Assembly (NCBI GenBank): GCA_964019335.1
Contig: OZ025717.1
Span: forward strand, 186,001-250,000
Source of the DNA: Diplonema japonicum
Lineage: Eukaryota; Protista; Euglenozoa: Diplonemea
Length of the DNA stretch: 64,000 nt
Direction: 5' to 3'
The position numbers and the translations under genes were made by a program. The notes under the pieces were generated by a model. It saw only the letters and a list, made by a program, of their open reading frames with translations, was not told the origin of the DNA and did not search any database. Positions 21,286-32,205 of this stretch are shown piece by piece. The number at the start of each line of letters is the position of its first letter. Position 1 is the stretch's first letter.

Positions 21286-24200
21286 TCAGGTGAGTAAGTC
21301 AAGCTTCTCCTCAACTTCCTGAACTTGTTTGCGTGCATTGAAGGTGGTTGGGCTTGCGACTTGACGGAGTCCGTCATGCAGGGCCTGTTCAGAAGGCTCA
21401 GCAGGGGCTTCATGTGAATCGTCTAGGTTCCCCGCCCTCAGGCCTCTCGACGACAGCACCATCGCCGTCCCTGCGTGCACGTCCGTGTCGGTCACAGCCC
21501 TGCCACCGTCTGCCTTCTTCGGGGTGTGCCCCTCCTCGTCCATGCTCCACGACGCCTCACTGGAATTCAACAGCGACATCTCCATCCTGTCCTCTGAGGT
21601 GTTCTTCCCTTTCCACTTCTCCACATTCCCTGCCCTTGCTGCCCGAACAGCATCCCAGCGCCTTCCTATCTTCACGTCAAGGCAGTACAGGATCAGGTCG
21701 TACGCTCCTTTGAACATCATCACCAGTGCCGTGAAGAAGAGCAGGTGCGCCGCCCACTTCATCATCACTGCACTCCCACCCACCCCGATCGCTATCGCCA
21801 TCAGCAGGACAGCCACGAACATCAGCCCGCTCAGTATCGTCCCCGTCACCATGTCAAGTGTCGAGTTGTAAGGGCGGAGGGTCACAATCGCCAGGAAGTA
21901 GAAGAAGAGGACAATCGTGATCGAAACGTTCCTGAACATGCACATCCCATGGGTCCGAGGCTTCCAAGCAGAGGACAGGGACAGAGCGAGGATCTGCACC
22001 ATCTCCACAAGGGAGAACCAGTGGAAGTTGTGCCTGTACTGCTCGAAGAAGAGCCCGTACCGCTCCACAAAGTACTCAGAGGCCCCGTCCTTCCGAACCC
22101 ACACCTCTGACCCGAAGACGAGGATGTAGGCGGTGCGCTTCCACCCAGTGTACACGGTCCCCGCTTCCATCTTCCCCGTCTCATCAGCCCCGTCAGCAGT
22201 CCCGAATCCCTTCACAACCTCTGCTGCATCCTCGTTGATCTTCGGGTCGGGAACAGTTGTTGCCTGAAACTTCCCCCTCCTCAAAAGGGAGAACCACATC
22301 ACGATGGGGAAGGCCACACAGAGGGCGAGGACAGCAGCCCCGATGGTCGACACCCAAGCGGGTGCCCGAGAGGGGAAGAAGGTGAGGTTCGAGGCCGCCA
22401 TGCTGGTCCCTGTGAGAAGCCACATCATCGGGATGTAGCCCAGACCAGGTGCCCTGACGTAGAAGATTGCCGTTGACAGAGGAACCTGCAAGAACGCCAC
22501 CTGCACCCATGCTATCGCATAGTTCAGAATCAAGAAGACCACCACAATCCCGAGGTTGGAGACAACAGCCCCCAAGAAGTACTTCTGCGCGTGGTCCCCG
22601 ATCCCAATCCCAAGGGGGTGGAACTCCCAATCCAGAGGCTCCCCACCCCCAAGGTCGATGTCCTCAACCTCGCAGTTCATCCCGCTCACGATGGCAAGCT
22701 TCCCACCGCCAGTACCCGCAGCAACAGCGGCCCCCGTCGCACCACCCGCTACCAAACTCTTCTCAGATGCAGGAATCACCTTCCCAGGGGAAGGTGTTGG
22801 AGGGGTGAGAACAGCTTCCTCCTTCGGTGCCTGTGTCGGAGGAGAGGTGACCGGTACCGTTGTGGGGACAGCCGTCACAGGCTGTTGTGTCAGTGGTGAG
22901 AAGGTCCCTGGTACTGCTGTCGAAGGGGCCAGTGTTGATGGCGCTGACGTTGTTGGGGCAGAGGTGGGAACTGCCGTCGGTGGGAAGGTGTCAGGGGCCG
23001 CTGTTGGGTGGGAGGTGGGTGTTGTTGTGGGAACTGCTGTGCTTGGGGAGAAGGTGGGTGGTGCAGATGTAGTTGGTATTCCCGTTGGAAGCGAAGTAGG
23101 GGCTTGTGTTGGTGGTGCGACTGTGGAAGGTGCCTGGGTGTCAGGAAAGGGTGTTGCAGGGGCAGAGGTGGCAGGTGGGAAGGTGGCTGGCACTGCTGTC
23201 TTCGGAAAGGGAGTTGCAGGAGCTGAGGTGTCAGGTACCTTCGTATCGGGTGCTGCAGTAAGAGGTACCACTGTGTCGGGAAAAGGTGTTGTTGGTGCTG
23301 TTGTTGCAGGAGAACTCGTATCAGGGAAGGGGGTGAGAGGTGCCGTGGTTGGAGGTGAATTGGTGTCAGGGAAGGGTGTTGCAGGGGCTACTGTTGCTGG
23401 GAATGGAGTTGCCGGTGCCGCAGTAAAAGGTGCATTGGTGTCAGGGAAGGGTGTTGCAGGAGCTGCGGTCGCTGGAGCATTTGTTGGGATGGCGGTGTCA
23501 GGGAAGGGTGTTGGGGGTGCAGCAGTGGTCCCAGGTACAAGTGTTGAGGGTGGCAAGGTGTCGGGAGCTGGTGTGGGAGGTGATACTGTTCCAGGAAATG
23601 GGGTTGCCGGAGCATCAGTATTGGGTGCATTAGTGGGTGGAACACTTGTTGCTGGTGCCGCTGTGTCAGGGAATGGAGTAACTGGAGCGGTTGTGTCAGG
23701 TGCATTAGTATCAGGAAATGGTGTCGCGGGGGCACCTGTATCAGGAGCGAGGGTCGGAGGGGCGTCAGTGTCAGGGAATGGCGTAGCCGGAGCAGTGGTA
23801 TTGGGTGCATCAGTGTCAGGTGCAGTGGTATCAGGTGCAGTGGTCGGTGGTGCGACAGTGTCTGGAAACGGAGTCACAGGGGCAGGAGTCAAAGGTGCAT
23901 TGGTATCGGGGAAGGGTGTAAGAGGAGAAGAAGTCGCGGGTGCTGTTGTGATAATACTTAATGGGTCATAAGTACAAAAGTGAAGGTGAGTCTCAGTGCA
24001 CGCTTCATCAATCAGACCAGCACCAGTCGTGTAGTCGAAGATGGTGCATTCCACGGACGAGGTGCTGGGCCTTACGAAACGTTGGCAAGCTCTCCCTGCC
24101 CCCCGCCACTGTGAGACAAGATGTTTGCTGTCACCGCACCACACTGTGTTGTAGTTAAAGGCCGACCCGTCCTGCCATTCCCAATCACCCGAGATGTCGA

Positions 24201-25056
24201 AAATCAAGCCTGACCAAGTGGCGGACGTGGATAAAGAACTGCGTAAATTGGCAAACATGTCATCAAGGGGGGAGAGGACAGCAAAGGGGTGGGCAGAAGC
24301 TTCTACAGAAGAACACTCCGAAGGGTCGTACGTTGTTGCAGTGGGCGTGAGGAAGTGACACCCCCCTCCGTAGTACGCACCATGTGAACAAGGGTAGGGG
24401 CCGTCCAGCATCGTGTAACCGTAAAGGGAGGTCTGTCCCAGGATGGAGAACTGGTTGCGCTGTTGTTGCAACCATCGGCCGGTCTTCCTGCAGCCTATGG
24501 TGAACGAGGAGGGTTGGAATGAGCGTAAGCCGTAGTTGTAGCTCCCTTTGCGGACACCGTTGACCTCGACAATGATGGTGGAAGTGGCGGGATTGATGAA
24601 AAAGAGGAGGTAGAGCCAATCATCATCTTGCGTAACTGTCACGATTTTGTTAACCTTACTGCTTCTCAAAAATATCTCAGATGAAATTGCAAGTTCGAGA
24701 AAGGTGGAGCCAGTTTGCCCTCGAGTCCACGAGAAGAGGACCTGCTGGGCAGTGGTGTAGGAGGGCTTCACCCACATGGAGAGGGTGGTCTCACCATTCA
24801 AGTGTAGTTCCCTTTTCTGATTGGTAGGTCGGATGCATGGGTCTCGTCCGCCTGCAGCTCTTCTTGTTACATAAGTCAAGCCACCCCAAGGATCTGTGCG
24901 GAACCTCATTTGTTCCGGCGTCAATTGGTTGCCATTGCCGCTGGCATCGTTCCAAGTCCTGTCGAAGAGCCACTCTGCCACCACACCGCCTTCCACTTGT
25001 GGTACAAGTATAGCCACATAAAATATAATACTTACTGATTTGCATGTGGGGGGCAT
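21286..25056 (-). CDS. R4: lectin-mucin-7TM receptor-like paralog with frameshifted cytoplasmic tail
   Basis: 1256-aa ORF. Stalk, TM and tail DNA match R3 except for an 8-bp deletion near 21415 that shifts the last ~42 codons. The ancestral stop is still present at 21252-21254. Confidence 0.88.
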   Translation of the reverse strand: MPPTCKSVSIIFYVAILVPQVEGGVVAEWLFDRTWNDASGNGNQLTPEQMRFRTDPWGGLTYVTRRAAGGRDPCIRPTNQKRELHLNGETTLSMWVKPSYTTAQQVLFSWTRGQTGSTFLELAISSEIFLRSSKVNKIVTVTQDDDWLYLLFFINPATSTIIVEVNGVRKGSYNYGLRSFQPSSFTIGCRKTGRWLQQQRNQFSILGQTSLYGYTMLDGPYPCSHGAYYGGGCHFLTPTATTYDPSECSSVEASAHPFAVLSPLDDMFANLRSSLSTSATWSGLIFDISGDWEWQDGSAFNYNTVWCGDSKHLVSQWRGAGRACQRFVRPSTSSVECTIFDYTTGAGLIDEACTETHLHFCTYDPLSIITTAPATSSPLTPFPDTNAPLTPAPVTPFPDTVAPPTTAPDTTAPDTDAPNTTAPATPFPDTDAPPTLAPDTGAPATPFPDTNAPDTTAPVTPFPDTAAPATSVPPTNAPNTDAPATPFPGTVSPPTPAPDTLPPSTLVPGTTAAPPTPFPDTAIPTNAPATAAPATPFPDTNAPFTAAPATPFPATVAPATPFPDTNSPPTTAPLTPFPDTSSPATTAPTTPFPDTVVPLTAAPDTKVPDTSAPATPFPKTAVPATFPPATSAPATPFPDTQAPSTVAPPTQAPTSLPTGIPTTSAPPTFSPSTAVPTTTPTSHPTAAPDTFPPTAVPTSAPTTSAPSTLAPSTAVPGTFSPLTQQPVTAVPTTVPVTSPPTQAPKEEAVLTPPTPSPGKVIPASEKSLVAGGATGAAVAAGTGGGKLAIVSGMNCEVEDIDLGGGEPLDWEFHPLGIGIGDHAQKYFLGAVVSNLGIVVVFLILNYAIAWVQVAFLQVPLSTAIFYVRAPGLGYIPMMWLLTGTSMAASNLTFFPSRAPAWVSTIGAAVLALCVAFPIVMWFSLLRRGKFQATTVPDPKINEDAAEVVKGFGTADGADETGKMEAGTVYTGWKRTAYILVFGSEVWVRKDGASEYFVERYGLFFEQYRHNFHWFSLVEMVQILALSLSSAWKPRTHGMCMFRNVSITIVLFFYFLAIVTLRPYNSTLDMVTGTILSGLMFVAVLLMAIAIGVGGSAVMMKWAAHLLFFTALVMMFKGAYDLILYCLDVKIGRRWDAVRAARAGNVEKWKGKNTSEDRMEMSLLNSSEASWSMDEEGHTPKKADGGRAVTDTDVHAGTAMVLSSRGLRAGNLDDSHEAPAEPSEQALHDGLRQVASPTTFNARKQVQEVEEKLDLLT

Positions 25057-25586
25057 TTTTGCATTGTTTCGCCTTTGTGTGTATGGGGGGGGGTTCCCAC
25101 CCCTTTTCGCAAGAAAAACAGAGAATAAGACTTCTCATAGCGAGATAGCAACGAGAGGGGGGGGCAGTGTTTTAAGGGCAAATCCCACTTGAAGATCACC
25201 AAAACATAACAAAAAGGAGCAATGATGGGCACATCTGCACTTATTTCATATAAAATATAAAATCTTTTGTGAGAAATAGAGGGGGGGAGGTGTCCCTCGC
25301 TCCTGTATAAACAAGAAGGCAACAAAAATAGGCATTTCTTTTTTTAAAATTATTATTTCACCGCTGTAGCCAAAAATTGTTTGAGTGAGAGGTAGACGAA
25401 GGGGAAAAAAAAAAAGGAGGGGAAATATTCAAGCTTCGAAGCGATAGAAAAAACAGAGGGCTTAGAAACTTGACTGTGGTGCCCCCTCCTCCCTTTCCCC
25501 CCTTTTCTTTTTGCGGTATGCTAAAACTACAGATCAACTACAATACGGATGGAGGGAAGGTTTAAGAGGAAATAATAAAAAAAAAT

Positions 25587-25830
25587 ATGGGGCTTTGATT
25601 GCAACACTAGGTGGCGTTAAGCGTGCAACGAAGCACGAACTACCTACTTGATTACAGGGGGCGCTCCTCGGCCGAGCAGTAGCTTCTTCTGCGTTCCGCG
25701 TCGTGTCCTTCTTAATGCGTGCGGTGTGCTCAACCCTAGCCGGGGCGTCCCGGGTAACCAAGATTCTGCGCTCGTGCAGTTTGCTGCCTGTTCGTCACCC
25801 TGAGGTTTATTTCATGTTATCCCCACCACC
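25587..25830. repeat. Dispersed ~330-bp repeat family, internally deleted copy
   Basis: Near-identical to 49523-49737 and shares the terminal CATGTTATCCCCACCACC. Lacks ~85 bp present in the other copy. Confidence 0.85.
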
Positions 25831-25903
25831 TTAAAAAAAGAAAGAAGAAAAAGCGGAACTGTTACTGAATATGTACCAATCGCACAACCCACCACTTTGC
25901 TGG

Positions 25904-25940
<37 letters not shown>

Positions 25941-26549
25941 TCCGAAGACAAGAAAGTCTACAAAACTCAAAGTGCAGGACAAACCCCCTCATAGAGAGGG
26001 GGTCGCTGGTGTGCCCCTTCAGCAGGACTGTGTTTACAGCGGCGGGCGACCGTCCACGTCAACAAAAAAAATTGTGAGGTTTAGTACCCGCTCCAAGTTC
26101 CTTCTCACTGACCCGCTTAAGGGGAGGTACCGCCACACTTGAGACCTAAGCCCGAAGACTTGGTCCCGCTGCCCCTAAAAGACCACACCTACGAGAAAAA
26201 AAGTGATTCTTAATGACTTTGTCATTCCTGTTCGCGCAAGCAATAAATAAAAAAAAAAAAAAGGTTTCTTTTTAGAAAAAGCTGCTAGAGTTTTTTTCTA
26301 GGCACAAAGTTGCATAAGGTAATAATAATAATAAATCTTTTTTTTTTTTTTTTGTAGTGTAGTATTATAATGAATATAATTATTTTTTTTTTCTTTCTTG
26401 AAAAAGATAAAAATCTTTTCGTAATTTCTTTTCGCACAAATCTTTTTTTTGAGAAACCCGCAAAAAGGAAGAATAGAGGGAGAGGATACAGTTGTGCGTG
26501 GCATCACAGCACACACACATTAATAGCAATTAACTGAAAGGTGAATATA

Positions 26550-29500
26550 TCACAAGGCCACAATAGTTGCGTACCTCTTGTTAGCACGCGGCGTGTAAGT
26601 CTCGCTCAGGCCTTGTGGTGGGCAAGGCCTATTTAGAAAGTTCAGTAGGGGTTGCATGTCTATACTGGTGGTTTGTGACATAACGCATAAATCACTGTCT
26701 GTGTTCCCTCCCTCCGAGCCACACGAGGCCTCAGGTAGCGGCAGGGCCGAGCTCTTCTGCACACTGGGGTGCTTCCCTTGCCACTCACCCACATTCCCTG
26801 CCCTTGCTGCCCGAACAGCATCCCAGCGCCTTCCTATCTTCACGTCAAGGCAGTACAGGATCAGGTCGTACGCTCCTTTGAACATCATCACCAGTGCCGT
26901 GAAGAAGAGCAGGTGCGCCGCCCACTTCATCATCACCTCACTCCCACCCACCCCAATCGCTATCGCCATCAGCAGGACAGCCACGAACATCAGCCCGCTC
27001 AGTACCGTCCCCGTCACCATGTCAAGTGTCGAGTTGTAAGGGCGGAGGGTCACAATCGCCAGGAAGAAGAAGAACAGAACAAGGGTGATCAAGACGTTCC
27101 TGAACATGCACATCCCATGGTTGTGAGGCTTCCAAGCAGAGGACAGGGACAGGGCGAGGATCTGTGTTATTTCCACAAGGGAGAACCAGTGGAAGTTATT
27201 CCTGTACTGCTCGAAGAAGAGCCCGTACTGCTCCACAAAGTAGTCGGGTGCCCCGTCCTTCCGAACCCACACCTCTGACCCATAGACAAGGATGTAAGCC
27301 CTGCGCTTCCACCCAGTGTACACTGTCGCACCTTCCTTGATTTCGGTGCCATCATGCCCGAACCCCTTCACGATCTCTGCTGCATTTTGGTTTACTTTTG
27401 GATCGGGGACAGTTGTTGCTTTGAACTTGCTCTTACGCTGAAGAGTGAACCATAAAAAGAAAGGAAGCGACAAGCACAGCAAGAGCACGACGGCCCCAAC
27501 AACAGCAACCCAGGCGGGTGCCCGAGAGGGGAAGAAGGCAAGGTTCGAGGCCGCAATTGAAGTCCCTGTGAGAAGCCAAATCATTGGGATGTAGACCAGA
27601 CCAGGTGCCCTGACGTAGAAGATTGCCGTTTCCCAAGGTACACTCAGCCATGCCACCTGTGCCCATGCTATCGCATAGTTCAGTGCAAAGAAGACCACCA
27701 CAATCCCAAGGTTGGAGACAACAGCCCCCAAGAAGTACTTTTGTTTGTGGTCCCCGATCCCGAAGCCAAGGGGGTGGAACTCCCAATCCAGAGGCTCCCC
27801 ACCCCCAAGGTCGATGTCCTCAACCTCGCAGTTCATTCCAATCACAGCAGCAAGTTTCGCACCACCAGGGTTCACTGCCGTGGCTGCTGAAGTTGCATCT
27901 TTGGTCGTTTTTTTCGCAGATGCAGGGATCACCTTCCCAGGGGTAGGTGTCGGAGGGGTGAGAACAGCTTCCTCCTTCGGTGCCTGTGTCGGAGGAGAGG
28001 TGACCGGTACCGTTGTGGGGACAGCCGTCACAGGCTGCTGTGTCAGTGGTGAGAAGGTCCCTGGTACTGCTGTCGAGGGGGCCAGTGTTGATGGCGCTGA
28101 CGTTGTTGGGGCAGAGGTGGGAACTGCCGTCGGTGTGAAGGTGTCAGGGGCCGCTGTTGGGTGGGAGGTGGGTGTTGTTGTGGGAACTGTCGTTCTCGGA
28201 GCGAACGTCGGTGGGGCAGCTGTGGGAGACAAGGTAGGGGGCTGGGTGGGAACTACTGTTTCAGGTGCGCGGGTGTCGGGGGAAAAACTGGGCGGTGAAT
28301 TAGTTTCAGGGAATGGAGTTGCAGGAATGTAGGTGTCGGGGAAGGGTGTTGGAGGTGCTGCAGTAAGAGGTGGCACGGTGTACGGAGGTGTTGTTGGTGC
28401 CACCGTTGCAGGAGCGCTCGTATCAGGGAAGGGGGTGAGAGGTGCCGTGGTTGGAGGTGCATTGGTGTCAGGGAAAGGTGTTGCAGGGGCTGCTGTTGCT
28501 GGAGCATTCGTATCAGGAAAAGGAGTCGGTGGAGCACCAGTATCGGGTGCCTTTGTGTCCGGGAAGGGTGTTGCAGGGGCTGTGGTTGCTGGGAAGGGAG
28601 TCTGTGGTGCTGCAGTGTCAGGGAAAGGAGTTGCTGGAGCATTTGTTGGGATGGCGGTGTCAGGGAAGGGTGTTGGGGGTGCAGCAGTGGTCCCAGGTAC
28701 AAGTGTTGAGGGTGACAATGTGTCGGGAGCTGGTGTGGGAGGTGATACTGTTCCAGGAAATGGGGTTGCTGGAGCATCAGTATCAGGGAACGGTGTTGCA
28801 GGGGCTGTGGTTGCTGGGAAGGGTGTCTGTGGTGCTGCTGTGTCAGGGAAGGGTGTTGAGGGAGCTGTAGTAGTGCCAGGCACGGGCATGGGTGTTGCGG
28901 GAGCATTGGTTAGAGGTGCATTCGTATCCGGGGATAGCGTTGCAGGGGCACTCGTGGAAGGTGCATTTGTATTTGGAAATGGTGTTGCGGGGGCATTGGT
29001 GAGAGGTGCATCTGTATCCGGGGGCGGCGTTGCAGGGGCACTCGTGGAAGGTGCATTTGTATCTGGAAATGGTGTTGCGGGGGCATTGGTGAGAGGTGCA
29101 TTCGTATCCGGGTATGGCGTTGCTGGTGCACTCGTATCAGGAACAGGCGTCGCAGGTGCAATGGTGTCGGGAAACGGGGTTGGAGGTGCAATAGTACTCG
29201 GCACCAATGTGTTCGGGAATGGCGTAGGGGGTGGGTTCGTATCAGGGAACGGAGTCGAGGGTGGGTTTGTAGGAACAAGTGTGATGGGTGCGGTGGTGGG
29301 TGCCGCAGTGTCTCTAGGGTTGTAGGAACACAGGTGAAAGTTGTCCTTCAAGCAGCTCGTGTCGAATAGGCCAGGACCCTCCTTGAAGCGGAAGGTGCTG
29401 CACAGCGTATGAGAGCTGTCGGGCTTCTGGAACGACTCGCAAGTAGACCCAAACCCTTTCCACTCGGACACTCGGTGGTTGGAGTCACCGCACCACACTT

Positions 29501-30401
29501 TGGTGTATACAAAACTCGAATTATCTTCCCACCCCCACGTTCGGGGTGAAGGGGAAGCTCGTAACCCCGACCACGCGACCCCAGAGGGACTAGAAGAACT
29601 GAGCTTGTTGCCGAAAATGTCGTCAAGCGCACTATGTACTGAGAATGGCTGCGAGAGGGGGTGCTCGCTAGAACACCTTGAAGAGTTGTAAGGCGCAACA
29701 GATGACGTGATGAAATGACAGTTCCCATCATACAGCGCACCCACGGAGCAAGGGTAGGGCCCTGTCTGCATGGTAACCCCGTAGAGGGCAGTCCCCGTTT
29801 GAATGGTGTTGGAAGCAACGTTGCTAGAGTACCTGCAGCCCAAGGTGAAGGTGGTAGGGCTGAACAATGTAAGAGTGTAGCTCCCTTTGCGAACACCATT
29901 CACCTCGAGGATTATGGTGCTTGCGGTGGGGTTGAATATAAATACAAGGTGCGCCCACACCTCAGATGTGACAACACGCGCAAGGCTTTTAGAAGTACTT
30001 GTTTGCAAACGGACTTCATCAGTAACGACAAGCTCCAAGAACTCAACCTTAGTATTGGCTGCCCCTGGGCCCACCCATGAGAAGATTGTCTGTTCCACAG
30101 TGGATACGGGTATTGCGGGTTTCACCCACATCGATAAAATAACTTCCTGCGAAAGGAGCATCACATCTGGCTGCACGGCGGCAGGGTGCAGACAAGCGTT
30201 GCTCCCTGAGGAATCTGCTTGCGCCACTTGTTCGGAGTTCCAGAGTTCTCTTTTAAATTGCATGTTTTCAGATGTCCAGTTGTTCCCGTTCCCTGTTGCA
30301 TCGTTCCAAGTCCCGTCGAAAAGCCATTCTGCCACCACTCTGCCTTCTGTTTGTGTTGTCAACAGGCATGCGACGATACTTAGCAAGTTGAAACGAGACA
30401 T
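26550..30401 (-). CDS. R5: lectin-mucin-7TM receptor-like paralog
   Basis: The ORF track starts at GTG 30458. The first ATG (MSRFNLLSIVACLL, signal peptide) is at 30401. Same architecture as R1. Confidence 0.9.
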   Translation of the reverse strand: MSRFNLLSIVACLLTTQTEGRVVAEWLFDGTWNDATGNGNNWTSENMQFKRELWNSEQVAQADSSGSNACLHPAAVQPDVMLLSQEVILSMWVKPAIPVSTVEQTIFSWVGPGAANTKVEFLELVVTDEVRLQTSTSKSLARVVTSEVWAHLVFIFNPTASTIILEVNGVRKGSYTLTLFSPTTFTLGCRYSSNVASNTIQTGTALYGVTMQTGPYPCSVGALYDGNCHFITSSVAPYNSSRCSSEHPLSQPFSVHSALDDIFGNKLSSSSPSGVAWSGLRASPSPRTWGWEDNSSFVYTKVWCGDSNHRVSEWKGFGSTCESFQKPDSSHTLCSTFRFKEGPGLFDTSCLKDNFHLCSYNPRDTAAPTTAPITLVPTNPPSTPFPDTNPPPTPFPNTLVPSTIAPPTPFPDTIAPATPVPDTSAPATPYPDTNAPLTNAPATPFPDTNAPSTSAPATPPPDTDAPLTNAPATPFPNTNAPSTSAPATLSPDTNAPLTNAPATPMPVPGTTTAPSTPFPDTAAPQTPFPATTAPATPFPDTDAPATPFPGTVSPPTPAPDTLSPSTLVPGTTAAPPTPFPDTAIPTNAPATPFPDTAAPQTPFPATTAPATPFPDTKAPDTGAPPTPFPDTNAPATAAPATPFPDTNAPPTTAPLTPFPDTSAPATVAPTTPPYTVPPLTAAPPTPFPDTYIPATPFPETNSPPSFSPDTRAPETVVPTQPPTLSPTAAPPTFAPRTTVPTTTPTSHPTAAPDTFTPTAVPTSAPTTSAPSTLAPSTAVPGTFSPLTQQPVTAVPTTVPVTSPPTQAPKEEAVLTPPTPTPGKVIPASAKKTTKDATSAATAVNPGGAKLAAVIGMNCEVEDIDLGGGEPLDWEFHPLGFGIGDHKQKYFLGAVVSNLGIVVVFFALNYAIAWAQVAWLSVPWETAIFYVRAPGLVYIPMIWLLTGTSIAASNLAFFPSRAPAWVAVVGAVVLLLCLSLPFFLWFTLQRKSKFKATTVPDPKVNQNAAEIVKGFGHDGTEIKEGATVYTGWKRRAYILVYGSEVWVRKDGAPDYFVEQYGLFFEQYRNNFHWFSLVEITQILALSLSSAWKPHNHGMCMFRNVLITLVLFFFFLAIVTLRPYNSTLDMVTGTVLSGLMFVAVLLMAIAIGVGGSEVMMKWAAHLLFFTALVMMFKGAYDLILYCLDVKIGRRWDAVRAARAGNVGEWQGKHPSVQKSSALPLPEASCGSEGGNTDSDLCVMSQTTSIDMQPLLNFLNRPCPPQGLSETYTPRANKRYATIVAL

Positions 30402-30818
30402 ATTCGCATTGTTTTTGAAGTTAAAAATCTGTTTTAAAAAGGGTGTTGTGAGATACACAAAATCAGAGGAATGAAGACGAGATAGAGGGACAAAAAAAAG
30501 GGGGGGGGTAGGGTATCGATGATCCGAGGGGGGAGGGGGAACATTATCTTTTTTTTTCTCTTGTTTTTGATAATTTGTGATGTCTCACCTAAAGGAATAA
30601 TAAATATTGAAGAAAAAAAAAGAGAGTATGCAAGACAACACACAAGCTGCCAGTACCGTTGAGGTATCGAGTAAGAGTGAAGAACAAAAAAAAAAAAAAA
30701 AAAAAAAGCAGCACTTGGAACGAAAACATCGCAAGGATAACGCATAAAAAAAAAGGAGAAAAATACTGTAAAAAAAAAATGTCTTTGAAGGGGACCTGCA
30801 GTGACAGGATCGCTACGC

Positions 30819-30852
<34 letters not shown>

Positions 30853-31036
30853 AAGCTAATATCTATTATTTTTCGCTCCCTCCTCTCTCAATATGTAGGT
30901 TGTTGCATTTCTGCAAACGACATTAACCAAGAAAGGGAAGATGCAACCGGTAAAAAAAAAAAAAAAGTTTCAACAAAATATTTAAAAAAAAAAAAAAAAG
31001 ACATCGTTTCCAAATGGGATAACAACCCGAATGGAT

Positions 31037-31069
<33 letters not shown>

Positions 31070-31107
31070 GAATGGAGAGGAAAATGATTCAAACATGACC
31101 TTAAGGG

Positions 31108-31140
<33 letters not shown>

Positions 31141-32205
31141 GCAAGATGCGACAGGATTAAGAGAGATTAGCGAGTTCACGATTTTCTTTCTTTCTTTTTT
31201 TTTTTTTTTTTTTTTTTTTCGAAACATTTCTTTTCTGAAGGTTTGCGGGGAAATGCGGGTAGGTACACAACCGCAATTTCCCCCTCCCCAGGAGCTCCCA
31301 TTATTCTTCACGGAAAATTTTCTGAGCGTGACTACAGGAAATTAACTGGGCTTGTCGTTTACAACGACACAGAAGATCACTAACTATGTGGGTAGCAACG
31401 GCCCACAGAGAATGGTAAGGTGGAAAATTAGCTGTTAATACTAGTAATGGTACAGATATAAAAAAGAATTAGGTATTTTTTTTTAGGGAGGGGAACGAAT
31501 GGGGGGGGCGGGAAGGAAGGGAGAGGGAACCGGCGCAATGCGTTTCGCGTCCCGCCTCACACACTCTCTCTATCTGACCCTTCTTCTTTTTTTTTTTTTT
31601 TTTTTTTGAAAGCGGAAGAAAAAAAATATTGATTTTCTGCTGCCGTGTTGCCGCGTTGTTGAGAAAAAAAGGAGGGGCATCTTAAAAAGGGGGATCTCAG
31701 GGGGGGGGGGGGGGGGAATTGCTCAACTCTACAAAGAAAAGGTGATTGGGGGAAAGGGTTTTCTTTTTTTTTTTTATAAAGTTTTTCTTCTTGTTCCCCT
31801 AACGGTGATGGGATAACGAGAAAAAAAAATTGATAAATTTCGGTGTGCTCACCGTCAAAAAAAAGGGGGGGGGCTCTACTATCACCTTCCAACCCACGAG
31901 AGTGATGAGGTCAAAAAAAAAAAAAAAAAAAACCCTAGCTACGCTGAATTCTTCTTTATTTTCCTTCAGGCATAGTTGTCAATCAGCTAGAAGCCGACGG
32001 AGTATGGTAAGAAAAAAAAAAAAAAAAAAGAGGGGGAGGAAGCAACAAAGGAATCGAATATCGAAGACGAGCCGTACTAAAAAAAAAAAAAAAAAAAAAA
32101 AAACAAAGCAACCCACCTGATAAGTAGACTATGCACATGAACGCTTACTCACAGAGTATAGTAATACGAAATATCAAAAAAAAAAAAAAAAAAAAAAAAA
32201 CGATC

